A DNA stretch of 64,000 bases from NCBI GenBank assembly GCA_003599235.1, contig QZJE01000002.1, positions 9,260 to 73,259 of the forward strand, given 5' to 3'. Source of the DNA: Actinomycetota bacterium (GTDB lineage Bacteria > Actinomycetota > Aquicultoria > SURF-47). Every line of letters starts with the position of its first letter. The stretch's first letter is position 1. The notes below the pieces were generated by a model. It was given only the letters and a program-made list of their open reading frames with translations, made no database searches and had not been told where the DNA came from. Position numbers and translations under genes: made by a program. Of this stretch, positions 10,210-20,208 are shown piece by piece.

Positions 10210-11172
10210 TTGAGCAAAAAAGCAGTTACTTATATAGTTATCGGGGCAATATTGGTAATTACATCGCTTGCTTATTATTCGTTTGCCACTGGTGGACTAT
10301 TTAGCGAACTGCCTTTTTTAAATCGTTTAATTATCAAACCTAAAGCTGAGATATCTCACAAGGGCCAGTGGGGCTCCCGCTTTATTGCTTGCATTGCCTG
10401 CCATGGCGATATTACCTCTGATGCGAATCCGTGGCATAAATTGCATTTATCTAATACCGTTAACCTGATTACATGTGACACTTGTCATACTAACCAAAAC
10501 ATGGGGAAAAGAACAGTTGAAGGAAGAAACCTTATTGACCGTACGTTGTGCTTGAAGTGCCATCCCCAAAAATTTACCACCTACACTGCTGATCACCAGA
10601 AGAAAAATTGGATGAGACTGCACGAAAAACTTGTCAATTATAAGGAAAAAGAAAAATGTTTTTCTGAGTGCCATAAGCGCAATGAACTGGATTTTTGTGG
10701 TACATGTCACGGAACTCACAAGAATGAAAAAAATTGGATACAAACCCACGGCAAGACAGCAGAAAAAACGCAGTATGGATGCTTAAAATGTCACGAAAAA
10801 ACAGCAACCTGCGGGAAAAAATGTCATTTCGGAATAGTGATGCCGCATAGTATCCCAAAATATGAAAAGTTTTGGCGAAGCGATATTACAGATCCTGGCT
10901 GGATGTTTGTTCATGGAGATATAGGATTAGATAAAGGGGTTAGAACTTGCCAGCAATGCCATAAATTAAAAGTAGAGGATTCTCAATTTTGCGAAACTTG
11001 CCATCATCGAAAATTTTATAAAGAAATGCCTAACTTGCCTGTTCCATGGATGAAAGGCGGAATGGTATATGTTAACAAAAAAGGAGCCAGAAGTTGCTGG
11101 CAATGTCACAATATGCATTTCTGCGCCTACTGTCACGTAACCGGCAAAAAACCTACCAAGAACCGTTATTGA
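10210..11172 (+). CDS. Membrane-anchored multiheme cytochrome c (9 CxxCH + 2 CxxxCH)
   Basis: N-terminal TM; nine CxxCH plus CFSECH and CGKKCH. Confidence 0.9.
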   Translation: MSKKAVTYIVIGAILVITSLAYYSFATGGLFSELPFLNRLIIKPKAEISHKGQWGSRFIACIACHGDITSDANPWHKLHLSNTVNLITCDTCHTNQNMGKRTVEGRNLIDRTLCLKCHPQKFTTYTADHQKKNWMRLHEKLVNYKEKEKCFSECHKRNELDFCGTCHGTHKNEKNWIQTHGKTAEKTQYGCLKCHEKTATCGKKCHFGIVMPHSIPKYEKFWRSDITDPGWMFVHGDIGLDKGVRTCQQCHKLKVEDSQFCETCHHRKFYKEMPNLPVPWMKGGMVYVNKKGARSCWQCHNMHFCAYCHVTGKKPTKNRY

Positions 11173-11231
11173 CCTCCAACCCCCTTCTTATTAAAATCTA
11201 ACTAAGAGCTCTTACAATATAAGGAGTAGTA

Positions 11232-12287
11232 ATAATTAACAAAATTAAGAACTTAGTATCCAGCACTAATTCATTGGCAATATTAGGAGCAGTGGCTATA
11301 GTTTCGCTTTTTGTGTTTACCCTGGTTGTTACCTTTACCAGTTCTCCTACATTCTGTAATTTTTGTCATGAAATGAAAGCTGATATTAAGAGCTGGGAAG
11401 TATCCACTCACGGCAAGGTGACTTGCTATGCTTGTCATGGTAAAACAAACGTTTTTGCCTTACTAATAGATAAGCCCACAAAACTCAAAGAGCCCATAGC
11501 TCATTTTGCTAATAATTATGAACTGCCAATAAATGCCGAAGGCAAACTTTCGCAGAATCATGAAGAGTTTCCCAACAAAGTTTGTGAACGTTGTCATAGC
11601 ATTAGAAAGCGAAATGTGACCCCCAAGAACGGAATCATTATAAATCATCAAAAGCACATAGATAAAGGATTTACATGTACTGCATGTCACAATCGAGTGG
11701 CTCATAAAACTATTAAGAAGTATCTTGCAAAAGATGTTCTGGCAAATAATCCCAATGCTTACAGAGACCGTTCTGAAATGCGATATTGTATGGAGCACCA
11801 TAATGGGAAAAAAGGCCAAGGCCCCAGTAAATGTACAACTTGCCACCCTAAAGCCTTTAAGTTTATGCCAGGATTTCATAAAGAAAAAGGATTTATATAC
11901 CCGGTTGGTGCCAATAGAGGCATACACGGGCAAATGGCTAAAAAAGATAGAAAGGCCTGCATGGCCTGTCATCACTCTGAGGATGAATTCTGCAATAAGT
12001 GCCATGGCATGAGTATGCCTCATCCGGAGGCCACGTGGACCAAAGGGCCTATCCAACATAAAGTAATTGGCAAGATGAATCCTAAAAGCTGTCAAAAATG
12101 CCACCCAGGAGTCGACTTCTGCGGCAATTGCCATCATAAACGCACAGGCGGAGTATCTAAAACCCTTCCTTGGGTTAAGGTGCATTTTAAAGTGGTCACC
12201 GGAACTGGCGGTAAACAATGTTGGGGAAATTGCCACACACCTCTTTTCTGCGCTAACTGCCATCTTAAGAATGGAATGAAGCAATGA
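11232..12287 (+). CDS. NapC/NirT-like N-terminus multiheme cytochrome c (10 CxxCH, 1 CxxxCH, 1 CxxHH)
   Basis: TM then TSSP.FC..CHEM...SW..S.H..V.C..CH; start probably ATA 11232/ATT 11235 after AAGGAG (ORF track: TTG 11274). Confidence 0.85.
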   Translation: MINKIKNLVSSTNSLAILGAVAIVSLFVFTLVVTFTSSPTFCNFCHEMKADIKSWEVSTHGKVTCYACHGKTNVFALLIDKPTKLKEPIAHFANNYELPINAEGKLSQNHEEFPNKVCERCHSIRKRNVTPKNGIIINHQKHIDKGFTCTACHNRVAHKTIKKYLAKDVLANNPNAYRDRSEMRYCMEHHNGKKGQGPSKCTTCHPKAFKFMPGFHKEKGFIYPVGANRGIHGQMAKKDRKACMACHHSEDEFCNKCHGMSMPHPEATWTKGPIQHKVIGKMNPKSCQKCHPGVDFCGNCHHKRTGGVSKTLPWVKVHFKVVTGTGGKQCWGNCHTPLFCANCHLKNGMKQ

Positions 12288-14029
12288 TAGAAAAAGACAT
12301 TTTATGGCATAGTAGTGCTCATTTGTTGGCGCATGCAGTAAAAGAACTGTATCCCAAAACCAAGCTGGGAATAGGTCCTTCTATTGAAACCGGCTTTTAT
12401 TATGATTTTGACTTTGAACATAAGCTAACTCCTGAAAACCTCAATAAAATAGAGAAGAAAATGGCTGAGTTAGCAGCTAAGAATTATCCAATCACCAAGG
12501 AAACGCTATCCAAAAAAGATGCTGTTAAGTTGTTTAAGGAGCGGGGAGAGGATTATAAGGTAGAGCTAATTAATGAGTTGCCCGATAAAGAGGTAACAGT
12601 TTATCATCAAGACTCCTTTGTAGATCTTTGCCGCGGGCCTCACGTTAAATCAACGGGTCTAATGAAAGCATTTAAGCTCACCTCCATTGCCGGAGCTTAC
12701 TGGCGCGGTGATGAAAAGCGCCCGATGTTGCAGAGGATATATGGTGTTTCTTTTGAATCGAAAGCACAGTTGGATGATTTCTTAGAAAAGCTTAAGGAAG
12801 CAGCCAAAAGAGATCATCGGGTATTAGGTAAAGAGCTAGATATATATAGCATTACTGATGAATGGGGGGCAGGACTTCCTCTGTGGCATCCTAACGGCGG
12901 ACTGCTTCGCCATGTCATTGAATCTTACTGGAAAGACCTTCATTTAGAAGAGGGATACTCGTTAATTACTACCCCTCACATGGCTAAATTGGATTTATGG
13001 GAAACTAGCGGTCACTGGGATTTTTACCGCGAGAATATGTATTCGCCCATGGAGATAGAGGGAGCTGACTATGAGATAAAGCCGATGAATTGTCCGGGGC
13101 ATATGCTTATCTATAAATCGAAAACTCGCAGTTACAGGGATTTACCAATCAGGTGGGCTGAGTTAGGGACAGTTTATCGTTACGAGAGAAGCGGTGTTTT
13201 ACATGGCCTGCTAAGAGTAAGGGGATTTACTCAGGATGATGCCCATATTTTTTGTTCTACTGAGCAACTTAATGATGAGATTCTGGCAATATTAAAGTTA
13301 GCTATAAGAATTCTTAAAACCTTTGGTTTTAACGAATACGACATTTATTTATCTACCCGGCCAAAAAAATATGTAGGCAGCTTAGATAACTGGGAGCGGG
13401 CAACTAACGCATTAAAGAAAGCCCTTGAGGATTTAATGCTTGATTACCAGGAAGATCCCGGAGAAGGCGTTTTCTATGGGCCTAAGATAGATATCAAAAT
13501 AAAAGATGCTCTAGGAAGAGCTTGGCAGTGCAGCACAATACAGGTAGATTTTAATTTGCCAGAGCGCTTTGAAATACAGTATATGGGTAAAGACAATAAG
13601 GAGCACCGGCCGATAATGATTCACAGGGCTATTATGGGCTCACTGGAGCGTTTTATAGGCTGCTTAATAGAACACTATGCGGGGGCCTTTCCTCTTTGGC
13701 TAAGCCCCGTTCAAGCAACTATATTGCCTATTGCCGACCGTCACAATGATTATGGCCTAGAAGTAGAAAAGCAGTTAAAAGAGGCCGGTTTAAGGGTTAG
13801 TTCTGATTTGCGTTCGCAATCGGTTAATAAAAAAATACGTGATGGGCAAAAACAAAAAATCCCCTACATGCTTATAATCGGTGACGAAGAGGTAGAAAAA
13901 AAGGTGCTTTCAATAAGAGACAGGCAAGGCAAAGATATAAGAAATGTTAAGGTGGATTCATTAAAAAAAGGTATTTTGAAACTGGTTAATAAAAAAAGCC
14001 TTGATTTAGAGTTAAATGCCAGTGTATAA
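12284..14029 (+). CDS. thrS: Threonyl-tRNA synthetase (no N-terminal TGS domain)
   Basis: HSSAHL, DLCRGPH, RDHR.LG, KPMNCP, RVRGFTQDDAH, HRA..GS.ERF. Confidence 0.98.
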   Translation: MIEKDILWHSSAHLLAHAVKELYPKTKLGIGPSIETGFYYDFDFEHKLTPENLNKIEKKMAELAAKNYPITKETLSKKDAVKLFKERGEDYKVELINELPDKEVTVYHQDSFVDLCRGPHVKSTGLMKAFKLTSIAGAYWRGDEKRPMLQRIYGVSFESKAQLDDFLEKLKEAAKRDHRVLGKELDIYSITDEWGAGLPLWHPNGGLLRHVIESYWKDLHLEEGYSLITTPHMAKLDLWETSGHWDFYRENMYSPMEIEGADYEIKPMNCPGHMLIYKSKTRSYRDLPIRWAELGTVYRYERSGVLHGLLRVRGFTQDDAHIFCSTEQLNDEILAILKLAIRILKTFGFNEYDIYLSTRPKKYVGSLDNWERATNALKKALEDLMLDYQEDPGEGVFYGPKIDIKIKDALGRAWQCSTIQVDFNLPERFEIQYMGKDNKEHRPIMIHRAIMGSLERFIGCLIEHYAGAFPLWLSPVQATILPIADRHNDYGLEVEKQLKEAGLRVSSDLRSQSVNKKIRDGQKQKIPYMLIIGDEEVEKKVLSIRDRQGKDIRNVKVDSLKKGILKLVNKKSLDLELNASV

Positions 14030-14030
14030 T
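14001..14030 (+). promoter_or_regulatory. Sigma70 promoter for infC-rpmI-rplT
   Basis: TTGATT-N18-TATAAT overlapping the thrS end. Confidence 0.6.
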
Positions 14031-14039
14031 TCAGTATTT

Positions 14040-14125
14040 GAAAGAAGAAGTGATACTTCTCACCTATTGGCTTAAAGCTAACTAGGTTTGATAGGTAGCT
14101 TCTATGCTGCCTTTTTTTATTTTAA
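14040..14125 (+). ncRNA. L20-leader-like cis-regulatory RNA
   Basis: AGAAG..CTTCTCACC, then AGGTAGC/GCTGCCT hairpin with T-run, upstream of infC-rpmI-rplT. Confidence 0.6.
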
Positions 14126-14135
14126 GGAGGAATAT

Positions 14136-14699
14136 ATCAGAAGACCTTTTAACAGAAAGCCGCTGATTAGGGCGAATCAAATGATTCGCGTACCTGAAGT
14201 AAGAGTAATTAGCCCTGATGGGGAGCAATTGGGGGTAAAGCCTACCAGGGAAGCACTTGAATTAGCGGATAAGCATGGACTTGATTTAGTAGAAGTGTCT
14301 CCTAATGCAAAACCGCCGGTAACAAGAATTATGGATTTAGGCCGTTACCGCTACGAGTTAGAGCAAAAGGAGAAAAAGGCAAGAAAGCATCGAACTACCA
14401 TTGAAGTAAAAGAAATCAAGTTAAGGCCTAAAATAGATGATGGTGATTTTAACACCAAGAAAAACCATGTTATCAGGTTTTTAAAACACGGGGCTAAAGT
14501 AAAGGTAACTATAATGTTTCGTGGCCGTGAGATGGCTCACCCGGATTTAGGAAGAAAGTTATTAGACCGATTAGCTGAAGACGTGGCTGAGTATTCAGAG
14601 ATCGAGTTTGCACCAAAACAGGAAGGCCGCAATATGATTATGATATTAAACAGTACTTATAAAGAGGATAAAGAAATGCGGGACATTCCTAAGGATTAG
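14136..14699 (+). CDS. infC: Translation initiation factor IF-3 (ATC start)
   Basis: N..IR..EVRVI, DLVEVSP.AKPPV, KEIK.RPKI, FRGRE; AAGGAGG 5 nt before ATC. Confidence 0.97.
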   Translation: MRRPFNRKPLIRANQMIRVPEVRVISPDGEQLGVKPTREALELADKHGLDLVEVSPNAKPPVTRIMDLGRYRYELEQKEKKARKHRTTIEVKEIKLRPKIDDGDFNTKKNHVIRFLKHGAKVKVTIMFRGREMAHPDLGRKLLDRLAEDVAEYSEIEFAPKQEGRNMIMILNSTYKEDKEMRDIPKD

Positions 14700-14739
14700 G
14701 AGCGTCCCCAGACTAAACCCGAAGAGGTGAAAGAACGAT

Positions 14740-14931
14740 ATGCCGAAGAAGAAAACGCATAAGGGTGCGGCTAAGAGATTTAAAGAAACGGGAACGGGTA
14801 AGCTGATGCATGCCCGTATTGGACATAGCCATATTTTAGAAAAAAAGAGCCCTAAAAGAAAAAGAAAACTAAGAGGGGAAGCAGTTTTAGGCGGCAAACA
14901 TGCAAAGAATGTTAAGTCGCTGATTAAATAA
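14740..14931 (+). CDS. rpmI: 50S ribosomal protein L35
   Basis: [25 protein letters not shown]. Confidence 0.97.
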   Translation: MPKKKTHKGAAKRFKETGTGKLMHARIGHSHILEKKSPKRKRKLRGEAVLGGKHAKNVKSLIK

Positions 14932-14945
14932 TAGGAGCAAGAGCA

Positions 14946-15299
14946 ATGCCTAGAGTAAAAGGTGGAACAAAAACTATAAAGAGGCACCAAAAGATATTAA
15001 AGCAAGCTAAGGGATATTACGGTGCCAGAAGCCGGACCTATAAATCTGCTAAAGAACAGCTTACAAAGTCGCTTTCTTATGCTTACCGTGATAGGAAGGT
15101 AAGAAAAAGATTCTTCAGGCAACTTTGGATTACCAGAATCAATGCTGCTGCCAGAATTAACGGCTTGTCTTATAACAAGCTTATATCGGGACTGAAAGCT
15201 GCTGATATCGAAATTGACCGTAAGAACTTAGCCGAGATGGCTATTAGTGATCCTAGTGGGTTTGCTAAATTAGCAGAGATTGCTAAGACCAGTAAGTAG
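14946..15299 (+). CDS. rplT: 50S ribosomal protein L20
   Basis: MPRVK, AKGYYG, YAYRDR, LWI.RINAA. Confidence 0.98.
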   Translation: MPRVKGGTKTIKRHQKILKQAKGYYGARSRTYKSAKEQLTKSLSYAYRDRKVRKRFFRQLWITRINAAARINGLSYNKLISGLKAADIEIDRKNLAEMAISDPSGFAKLAEIAKTSK

Positions 15300-15321
15300 C
15301 AAGTCGTTAGTAGTAAGTGGT
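15291..15321. repeat. Degenerate heptamer array (AGTAAGT-type) between convergent genes
   Basis: AGTAAGT AGCAAGT CGTTAGT AGTAAGT GGT. Confidence 0.65.
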
Positions 15322-16376
15322 CAGATTTCCCAGATATGCTTGCCTTTCTTTAGAAAATCAAGCCAGTGTCTTTGGAAATCCGTGTAGTTTTTATAGCGGT
15401 AAATGTTCATTATAGCTTTCTCTAAAGTTTTCTTTTTGCGTACCTGTAAAAGCAAGCGGCAAAATTTCTCTTCGCCAAATCTCTCCAGTAAAAAACTAGT
15501 CATACTAAGCGATTGGCTATACCAGAGGTTAACCTTGTTTTGGTCGCTGGCTTCACTGACATCAGTTGCCAGGTGCATTTTAATGGGAAAGTAATTTTGG
15601 GCTCTTAGTTTAGCCATAAATGGTTTAAACTGGCTTGCTCTCTTGGGGTCGTATTTTAGCTGGATAAATAATGCTAAACCTTCATCTAGCCAAGCTATAT
15701 TTGCCGAATCGGAATTAACAAAGCTTTTTAGAATCAAATGCTGTATTTCGTGAGGCAATACCGATATAAAAAGATTTTCACTTTGATACAAATAGATTTC
15801 GTCTTTTTGGTAATCGCTAAAGCCTTCAGACCATTTGGGTTTTCTGGTATACAATATATAGTCGTCTTTGTTGCTAAACAGATAAATCTTTATTTTAATT
15901 AAACCGTAAACATCGGGGGCAGGAAGGCCAACCAAAGAAGGGATTTCTTTGTAGTATTCTTCAGCTTTTTCTGCAATCAATTGAGCTCTGGGGTTATCTT
16001 CTCCGTCTGCCCAGACAAGAAAATGCTCAGTTGTTACATAGGTTTCTTTGCCTGGTTTTGGGCTGCTAATAGAGTTGCCATTTTCTACTTGGGATGCTTT
16101 TGGTTGAGTAATGATTATTAATGATAAGCAAATGGCAGCTACTAATGAAATTATCGTTACAATCTTGATGATATTTGACAAGTGTTCCGACCGGGGTTCT
16201 TTGGGTTGGGTTTTGGGTTTATTTTTCTTAGCTTCTAGCTTTGCAATGGAGTCCTTGCATTTTTTGCAAATGTTTTTGGAAGGCACAAAACACTGCTTAC
16301 AAAAAGGAGTAGAGCAGTTAGTGCAAAGATACTTCGCTTTCTTGTCCGGATGGTTCCAGCAATTTGCATTATCCAC
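15321..16376 (-). CDS. B-box-like zinc finger + TM + gluzincin (peptidase MA-like) protein
   Basis: C..HP...A...C..C...FC..C....C..C; one TM; HEIQH and WLDEGLA. Confidence 0.75.
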   Translation of the reverse strand: MDNANCWNHPDKKAKYLCTNCSTPFCKQCFVPSKNICKKCKDSIAKLEAKKNKPKTQPKEPRSEHLSNIIKIVTIISLVAAICLSLIIITQPKASQVENGNSISSPKPGKETYVTTEHFLVWADGEDNPRAQLIAEKAEEYYKEIPSLVGLPAPDVYGLIKIKIYLFSNKDDYILYTRKPKWSEGFSDYQKDEIYLYQSENLFISVLPHEIQHLILKSFVNSDSANIAWLDEGLALFIQLKYDPKRASQFKPFMAKLRAQNYFPIKMHLATDVSEASDQNKVNLWYSQSLSMTSFLLERFGEEKFCRLLLQVRKKKTLEKAIMNIYRYKNYTDFQRHWLDFLKKGKHIWEI

Positions 16377-16443
16377 AGGGTAATTCTAACATAATCTTAG
16401 TTAAGCTATAATTCTCTAATAGTATTTTAAAAAGGACACACAA

Positions 16444-17019
16444 ATGATATTAATGATTGATAACTATGACTCTTTTACCTATAACCTGGTGCAGTATCTA
16501 GGGGAACTAGGTGCTGACCTAAAAGTCTATCGAAATGACAAAATTACGTTAGAGCAGGTAGATAAGTTAAAACCACAAGCTGTAGTGGTATCGCCTGGGC
16601 CTTGTACCCCTAATGAAGCAGGAATATCGGTTGATATAATAAAAAACCTCTATGATAAAATACCTATTTTAGGAGTTTGTTTAGGCCATCAGTCAATAGT
16701 TGCTGCTTTTGGCGGAGAAATTATCCGGGCAGCAGAGCCTGTCCACGGCAAAACTTCACAGATAAGCCATGACGGAAAGACTATTTTTAAAGGAGTTAAG
16801 AATCCATTTACAGCTACCCGTTATCATTCTTTGATGGCTAAAGAAGCCAATTTGCCTGATTGTCTTAAGATAACAGCAACCAGTGAAGACGGTCTGATAA
16901 TGGGGGTTAGGCACAAAGAAGCAAGATGCGAAGGCATCCAGTTTCATCCCGAATCAATATTGACGACTGAAGGAAAAAAGATATTAAAGAACTTTTTAAG
17001 TGAGGCAAATGCTTGTTGA
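16444..17019 (+). CDS. trpG: Anthranilate synthase/PabA glutamine amidotransferase
   Basis: IDNYDSFTYNL, SPGP, GVCLGHQ, RYHSL, QFHPES. Confidence 0.95.
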   Translation: MILMIDNYDSFTYNLVQYLGELGADLKVYRNDKITLEQVDKLKPQAVVVSPGPCTPNEAGISVDIIKNLYDKIPILGVCLGHQSIVAAFGGEIIRAAEPVHGKTSQISHDGKTIFKGVKNPFTATRYHSLMAKEANLPDCLKITATSEDGLIMGVRHKEARCEGIQFHPESILTTEGKKILKNFLSEANAC

Positions 17020-17028
17020 TTACAAGGT

Positions 17029-17067
17029 GGGGACAGACATCCATCTAAATAAGGATGCCCTGTCCCC
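17029..17067. repeat. REP-like palindrome
   Basis: GGGGACAG.CATCC / GGATG..CTGTCCCC; related GGGGACTGTCCCC at 58447. Confidence 0.65.
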
Positions 17068-17085
17068 GATGGTGAGGTTGTAAAA

Positions 17086-18102
17086 TTGATAGTTGATGCT
17101 ATAAGAAGTGTGGTAGAAAAAAAAGACCTGGATTTTGACACTGCCAGAGCGGTGATGAATGAGATTATGAGTGGGCAGGCAACCGAGGCTCAAATAGCTG
17201 CATTAATAACTGCTTTGCGGATGAAGACAGAGACAACAGAAGAGATATCGGCTTTTGCTCAAGTAATGAGAGAAAAAGCAACACCAATAAACCCTAAAGC
17301 GAGAGGTTTGCTTGATACTTGCGGAACAGGCGGAGATTCCTCTGGTACATTTAATATCTCGACAACTGTGGCTTTTGTGGTTGCCGGATGCAAAATAGCC
17401 GTAGCTAAGCATGGAAACCGCGGGGTGTCTTCTGGCTCCGGCAGTGCTGATGTGCTCGAGGCCTTAGGGGTTAATATCGGCCTTTCTGCCGAACAAATTG
17501 CTCAAGCTATTGATGAGGTGGGCATCGGATTTTTGTTTGCGCCTGCCCTGCATGGGGCTATGAAATACGCTATCGGTCCCCGCAGGCAAATAGGTATTCG
17601 CACCGTATTTAATATTCTAGGCCCCCTTACCAACCCAGCCGGGGCCAAAAACCAGTTACTGGGAGTTTACGACCCCAAATTAACTAAGACGATGGCGGAA
17701 GTTCTTCAGAAATTAGGATCAGAAAGTGCCATGGTGGTTCATGGAGACGGTCTTGATGAGTTATCAACTACCGGAACAAATCAAATCTACCAGCTATCAG
17801 AGGGCAAAATTACTTCATATCAAATAGAGCCCGAGGAACTGGGTTTGGCCAGGGTTTCAATAGATGAGCTAAAAGGCGGAAGTCCTAAAGAAAATGCTGA
17901 AATAACCAGCGCTATTCTAAAAGGGCAGCCGGGAGCTAAACAAGATATCGTGCTACTTAATTCTGCTGCTGCTTTGGTGGCTGCACAGAAAACGTCTAAT
18001 ATAGAAGAAGGGCTAAAGCTGGCTAAAGAATCAATCGATAGTGGTGCTGCTAATAAAAAATTAGAAGATTTAATTGCTTTTACAAAGAAATTGCTTAAGT
18101 AA
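17086..18102 (+). CDS. trpD: Anthranilate phosphoribosyltransferase
   Basis: DTCGTGGD, FNIST, KHGNR, RTVFN.LGPL.NP. Confidence 0.97.
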   Translation: MIVDAIRSVVEKKDLDFDTARAVMNEIMSGQATEAQIAALITALRMKTETTEEISAFAQVMREKATPINPKARGLLDTCGTGGDSSGTFNISTTVAFVVAGCKIAVAKHGNRGVSSGSGSADVLEALGVNIGLSAEQIAQAIDEVGIGFLFAPALHGAMKYAIGPRRQIGIRTVFNILGPLTNPAGAKNQLLGVYDPKLTKTMAEVLQKLGSESAMVVHGDGLDELSTTGTNQIYQLSEGKITSYQIEPEELGLARVSIDELKGGSPKENAEITSAILKGQPGAKQDIVLLNSAAALVAAQKTSNIEEGLKLAKESIDSGAANKKLEDLIAFTKKLLK

Positions 18103-18884
18103 TGAGTATTTTAAGTGACATCGTAGAAAAGAAAAGAAAATGTGTAGAGTTATCCAAAGAAAAATCTCCTTTAAATAGTCTAAAAAACCAAGCTACTTTA
18201 ATGCCCTTAACCAGGGATTTTAAACAGTCTCTTATTAGCAGCGATATTGCTGTTATTGCCGAGATAAAAAAGGCATCTCCGTCAGCCGGCGTTATTAGAG
18301 ACGACTTTAATCCTGTTGATATTGCAAAGCAATACCAAAAAGCAGGGGCTGTCGCCATCTCTGTTATCACCGAAGAAGATTTTTTCCTTGGAAATCCTAA
18401 TTACCTTAAGCAGGTTAAAGAAACTGTAGAGTTGCCGGTTTTAAGAAAAGACTTCATTATAGAGCCCTATCAGATTTATGAGTCAAGGGTACTTGGTGCC
18501 GATGCTGTCTTGCTGATTGCATCTATATTAGATTCCTACCAACTAAGCGAGTTAATCGAGCTTGCTAAGAGTATGGGAATGGCCGCGTTAGTCGAAGTCC
18601 ATACCAAGGAAGAGCTGGAAGTGACTTTGCTTTGCCGGGCGGATATAATTGGGATTAACAACCGCAATCTAGATACATTTGAGGTTAATCTGGCAATTAG
18701 TGAAGAACTAAAGCCTTATATAACATCCGATAAAGTAAGTGTTAGCGAAAGCGGCATATATTCATCTGCAGACGTTTTGCGTCTTAGAGAGGCTGGGTTT
18801 AATGCTATTTTAGTTGGGGAGAGCTTACTAAAAAGTGAAAATATCGAAGGAAAATTAAAAGAGTTAAAGGTTAAAGGGGGATAA
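18102..18884 (+). CDS. trpC: Indole-3-glycerol phosphate synthase
   Basis: [28 protein letters not shown]. Confidence 0.97.
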   Translation: MSILSDIVEKKRKCVELSKEKSPLNSLKNQATLMPLTRDFKQSLISSDIAVIAEIKKASPSAGVIRDDFNPVDIAKQYQKAGAVAISVITEEDFFLGNPNYLKQVKETVELPVLRKDFIIEPYQIYESRVLGADAVLLIASILDSYQLSELIELAKSMGMAALVEVHTKEELEVTLLCRADIIGINNRNLDTFEVNLAISEELKPYITSDKVSVSESGIYSSADVLRLREAGFNAILVGESLLKSENIEGKLKELKVKGG

Positions 18885-18885
18885 A

Positions 18886-20208
18886 TTGAGAACTAAAATC
18901 ATCTTGAAAGAGTCAGAAATGCCTAAAAAGTGGTACAACATCGCTAAAGATTTGCCAAAAGCTCCACAGCCTTATCTTCATCCTCAAACAAAGCAGCCCT
19001 TAGGCCCAGATGACCTGGCGCCGGTTTTCCCGATGAGTTTAATAGGCCAGGAAGTCAGTACTGACACCTGGATAGATATTCCCGAAGAGGTTTTAGATAT
19101 TTATTCGCTTTACCGGCCAACACCTATGTACAGGGCTAGAAGGCTAGAGCAAGCACTTAATACTCCGGCAAAGATCTACTATAAATATGAGGGAGTAAGC
19201 CCGGCGGGAAGCCACAAACCAAATACTGCTATACCGCAAGCTTTTTATAACAAGCAAGAGGGAATTAAAAGGCTTACTACCGAAACCGGTGCCGGCCAAT
19301 GGGGCAGTGCTTTAGCGCTGGCTACTCAGATGTTTGGTTTAGAGCTCAGTGTATATATGGTAAAAGTAAGCTACGACCAAAAGCCTTATAGGCGGATTAT
19401 GATGGAGACTTGGGGAGCTGATGTAACTGCCAGCCCGTCAAATAAGACTAATGCCGGCCGCTCAATCCTTGAGGCTAATCCAACGAGTAACGGGAGCCTG
19501 GGTATCGCTATCAGCGAGGCTTTCGAAGATGCTGCTAGCAGGGAAGATACCCATTATTCTTTAGGCAGTGTTCTAAACCACGTTTTGCTTCATCAAAGCA
19601 TCATAGGCTTGGAATGCAAAAAGCAGATGGAATTAGTGGATGATTATCCGGATTACGTTATCGCATGCTGTGGCGGGGGCAGTAATTTTGGAGGGGTTGC
19701 TTTTCCTTATGTTGCCGATAAAGCCTCAGGAAAAAATGTTACTTTAATAGCGGCTGAACCTAAAGCTTGTCCAACCCTAACTAAAGGAGAATATCGGCAG
19801 GATTTTGGAGATACCGCCGGAATGGCGCCTATTGCCATGATGTATACCTTAGGGCATGATTTTGAGCCGGCAGGAATACATGCCGGAGGCCTGCGTTATC
19901 ACGGCGATTCACCCTTGGTTAGCATGTTATATGATGAAGGCATTATTGAAGCCGAAGCTTATCACCAAAAAGAAGTTTTTGAAAACGCTATTCTTTTCTC
20001 CAGAACTGAAGGCATAATTCCTGCTCCGGAATCAGCTCATGCTATAGCATCTGCGGTAAATAAAGCCAAAGAGTGTACTGCAACAGGGGAGAAAAAAACG
20101 ATTTTGTTTAACTTAAGCGGCCACGGTCATTTTGATTTAGTAGCCTATCAAGAATATCTTAGTGGCAAGATGCAGGATTTTGAGTACGAGCCGGCTGCTG
20201 TGAAGTAA
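18886..20208 (+). CDS. trpB2: Tryptophan synthase beta chain, type 2 (TrpB2)
   Basis: [47 protein letters not shown]. Confidence 0.95.
   Translation: MRTKIILKESEMPKKWYNIAKDLPKAPQPYLHPQTKQPLGPDDLAPVFPMSLIGQEVSTDTWIDIPEEVLDIYSLYRPTPMYRARRLEQALNTPAKIYYKYEGVSPAGSHKPNTAIPQAFYNKQEGIKRLTTETGAGQWGSALALATQMFGLELSVYMVKVSYDQKPYRRIMMETWGADVTASPSNKTNAGRSILEANPTSNGSLGIAISEAFEDAASREDTHYSLGSVLNHVLLHQSIIGLECKKQMELVDDYPDYVIACCGGGSNFGGVAFPYVADKASGKNVTLIAAEPKACPTLTKGEYRQDFGDTAGMAPIAMMYTLGHDFEPAGIHAGGLRYHGDSPLVSMLYDEGIIEAEAYHQKEVFENAILFSRTEGIIPAPESAHAIASAVNKAKECTATGEKKTILFNLSGHGHFDLVAYQEYLSGKMQDFEYEPAAVK

Noticed and set aside
11463-12284. 273-aa antisense ORF and other shadow ORFs (e.g. 149-676, 37476-38009, 60008-60598)
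   Set aside because: They lie opposite well-supported genes and show no motifs.
16377-16443. T-box or attenuator ahead of the trp genes
   Set aside because: Only 67 nt, with no T-box motif or Trp leader peptide.
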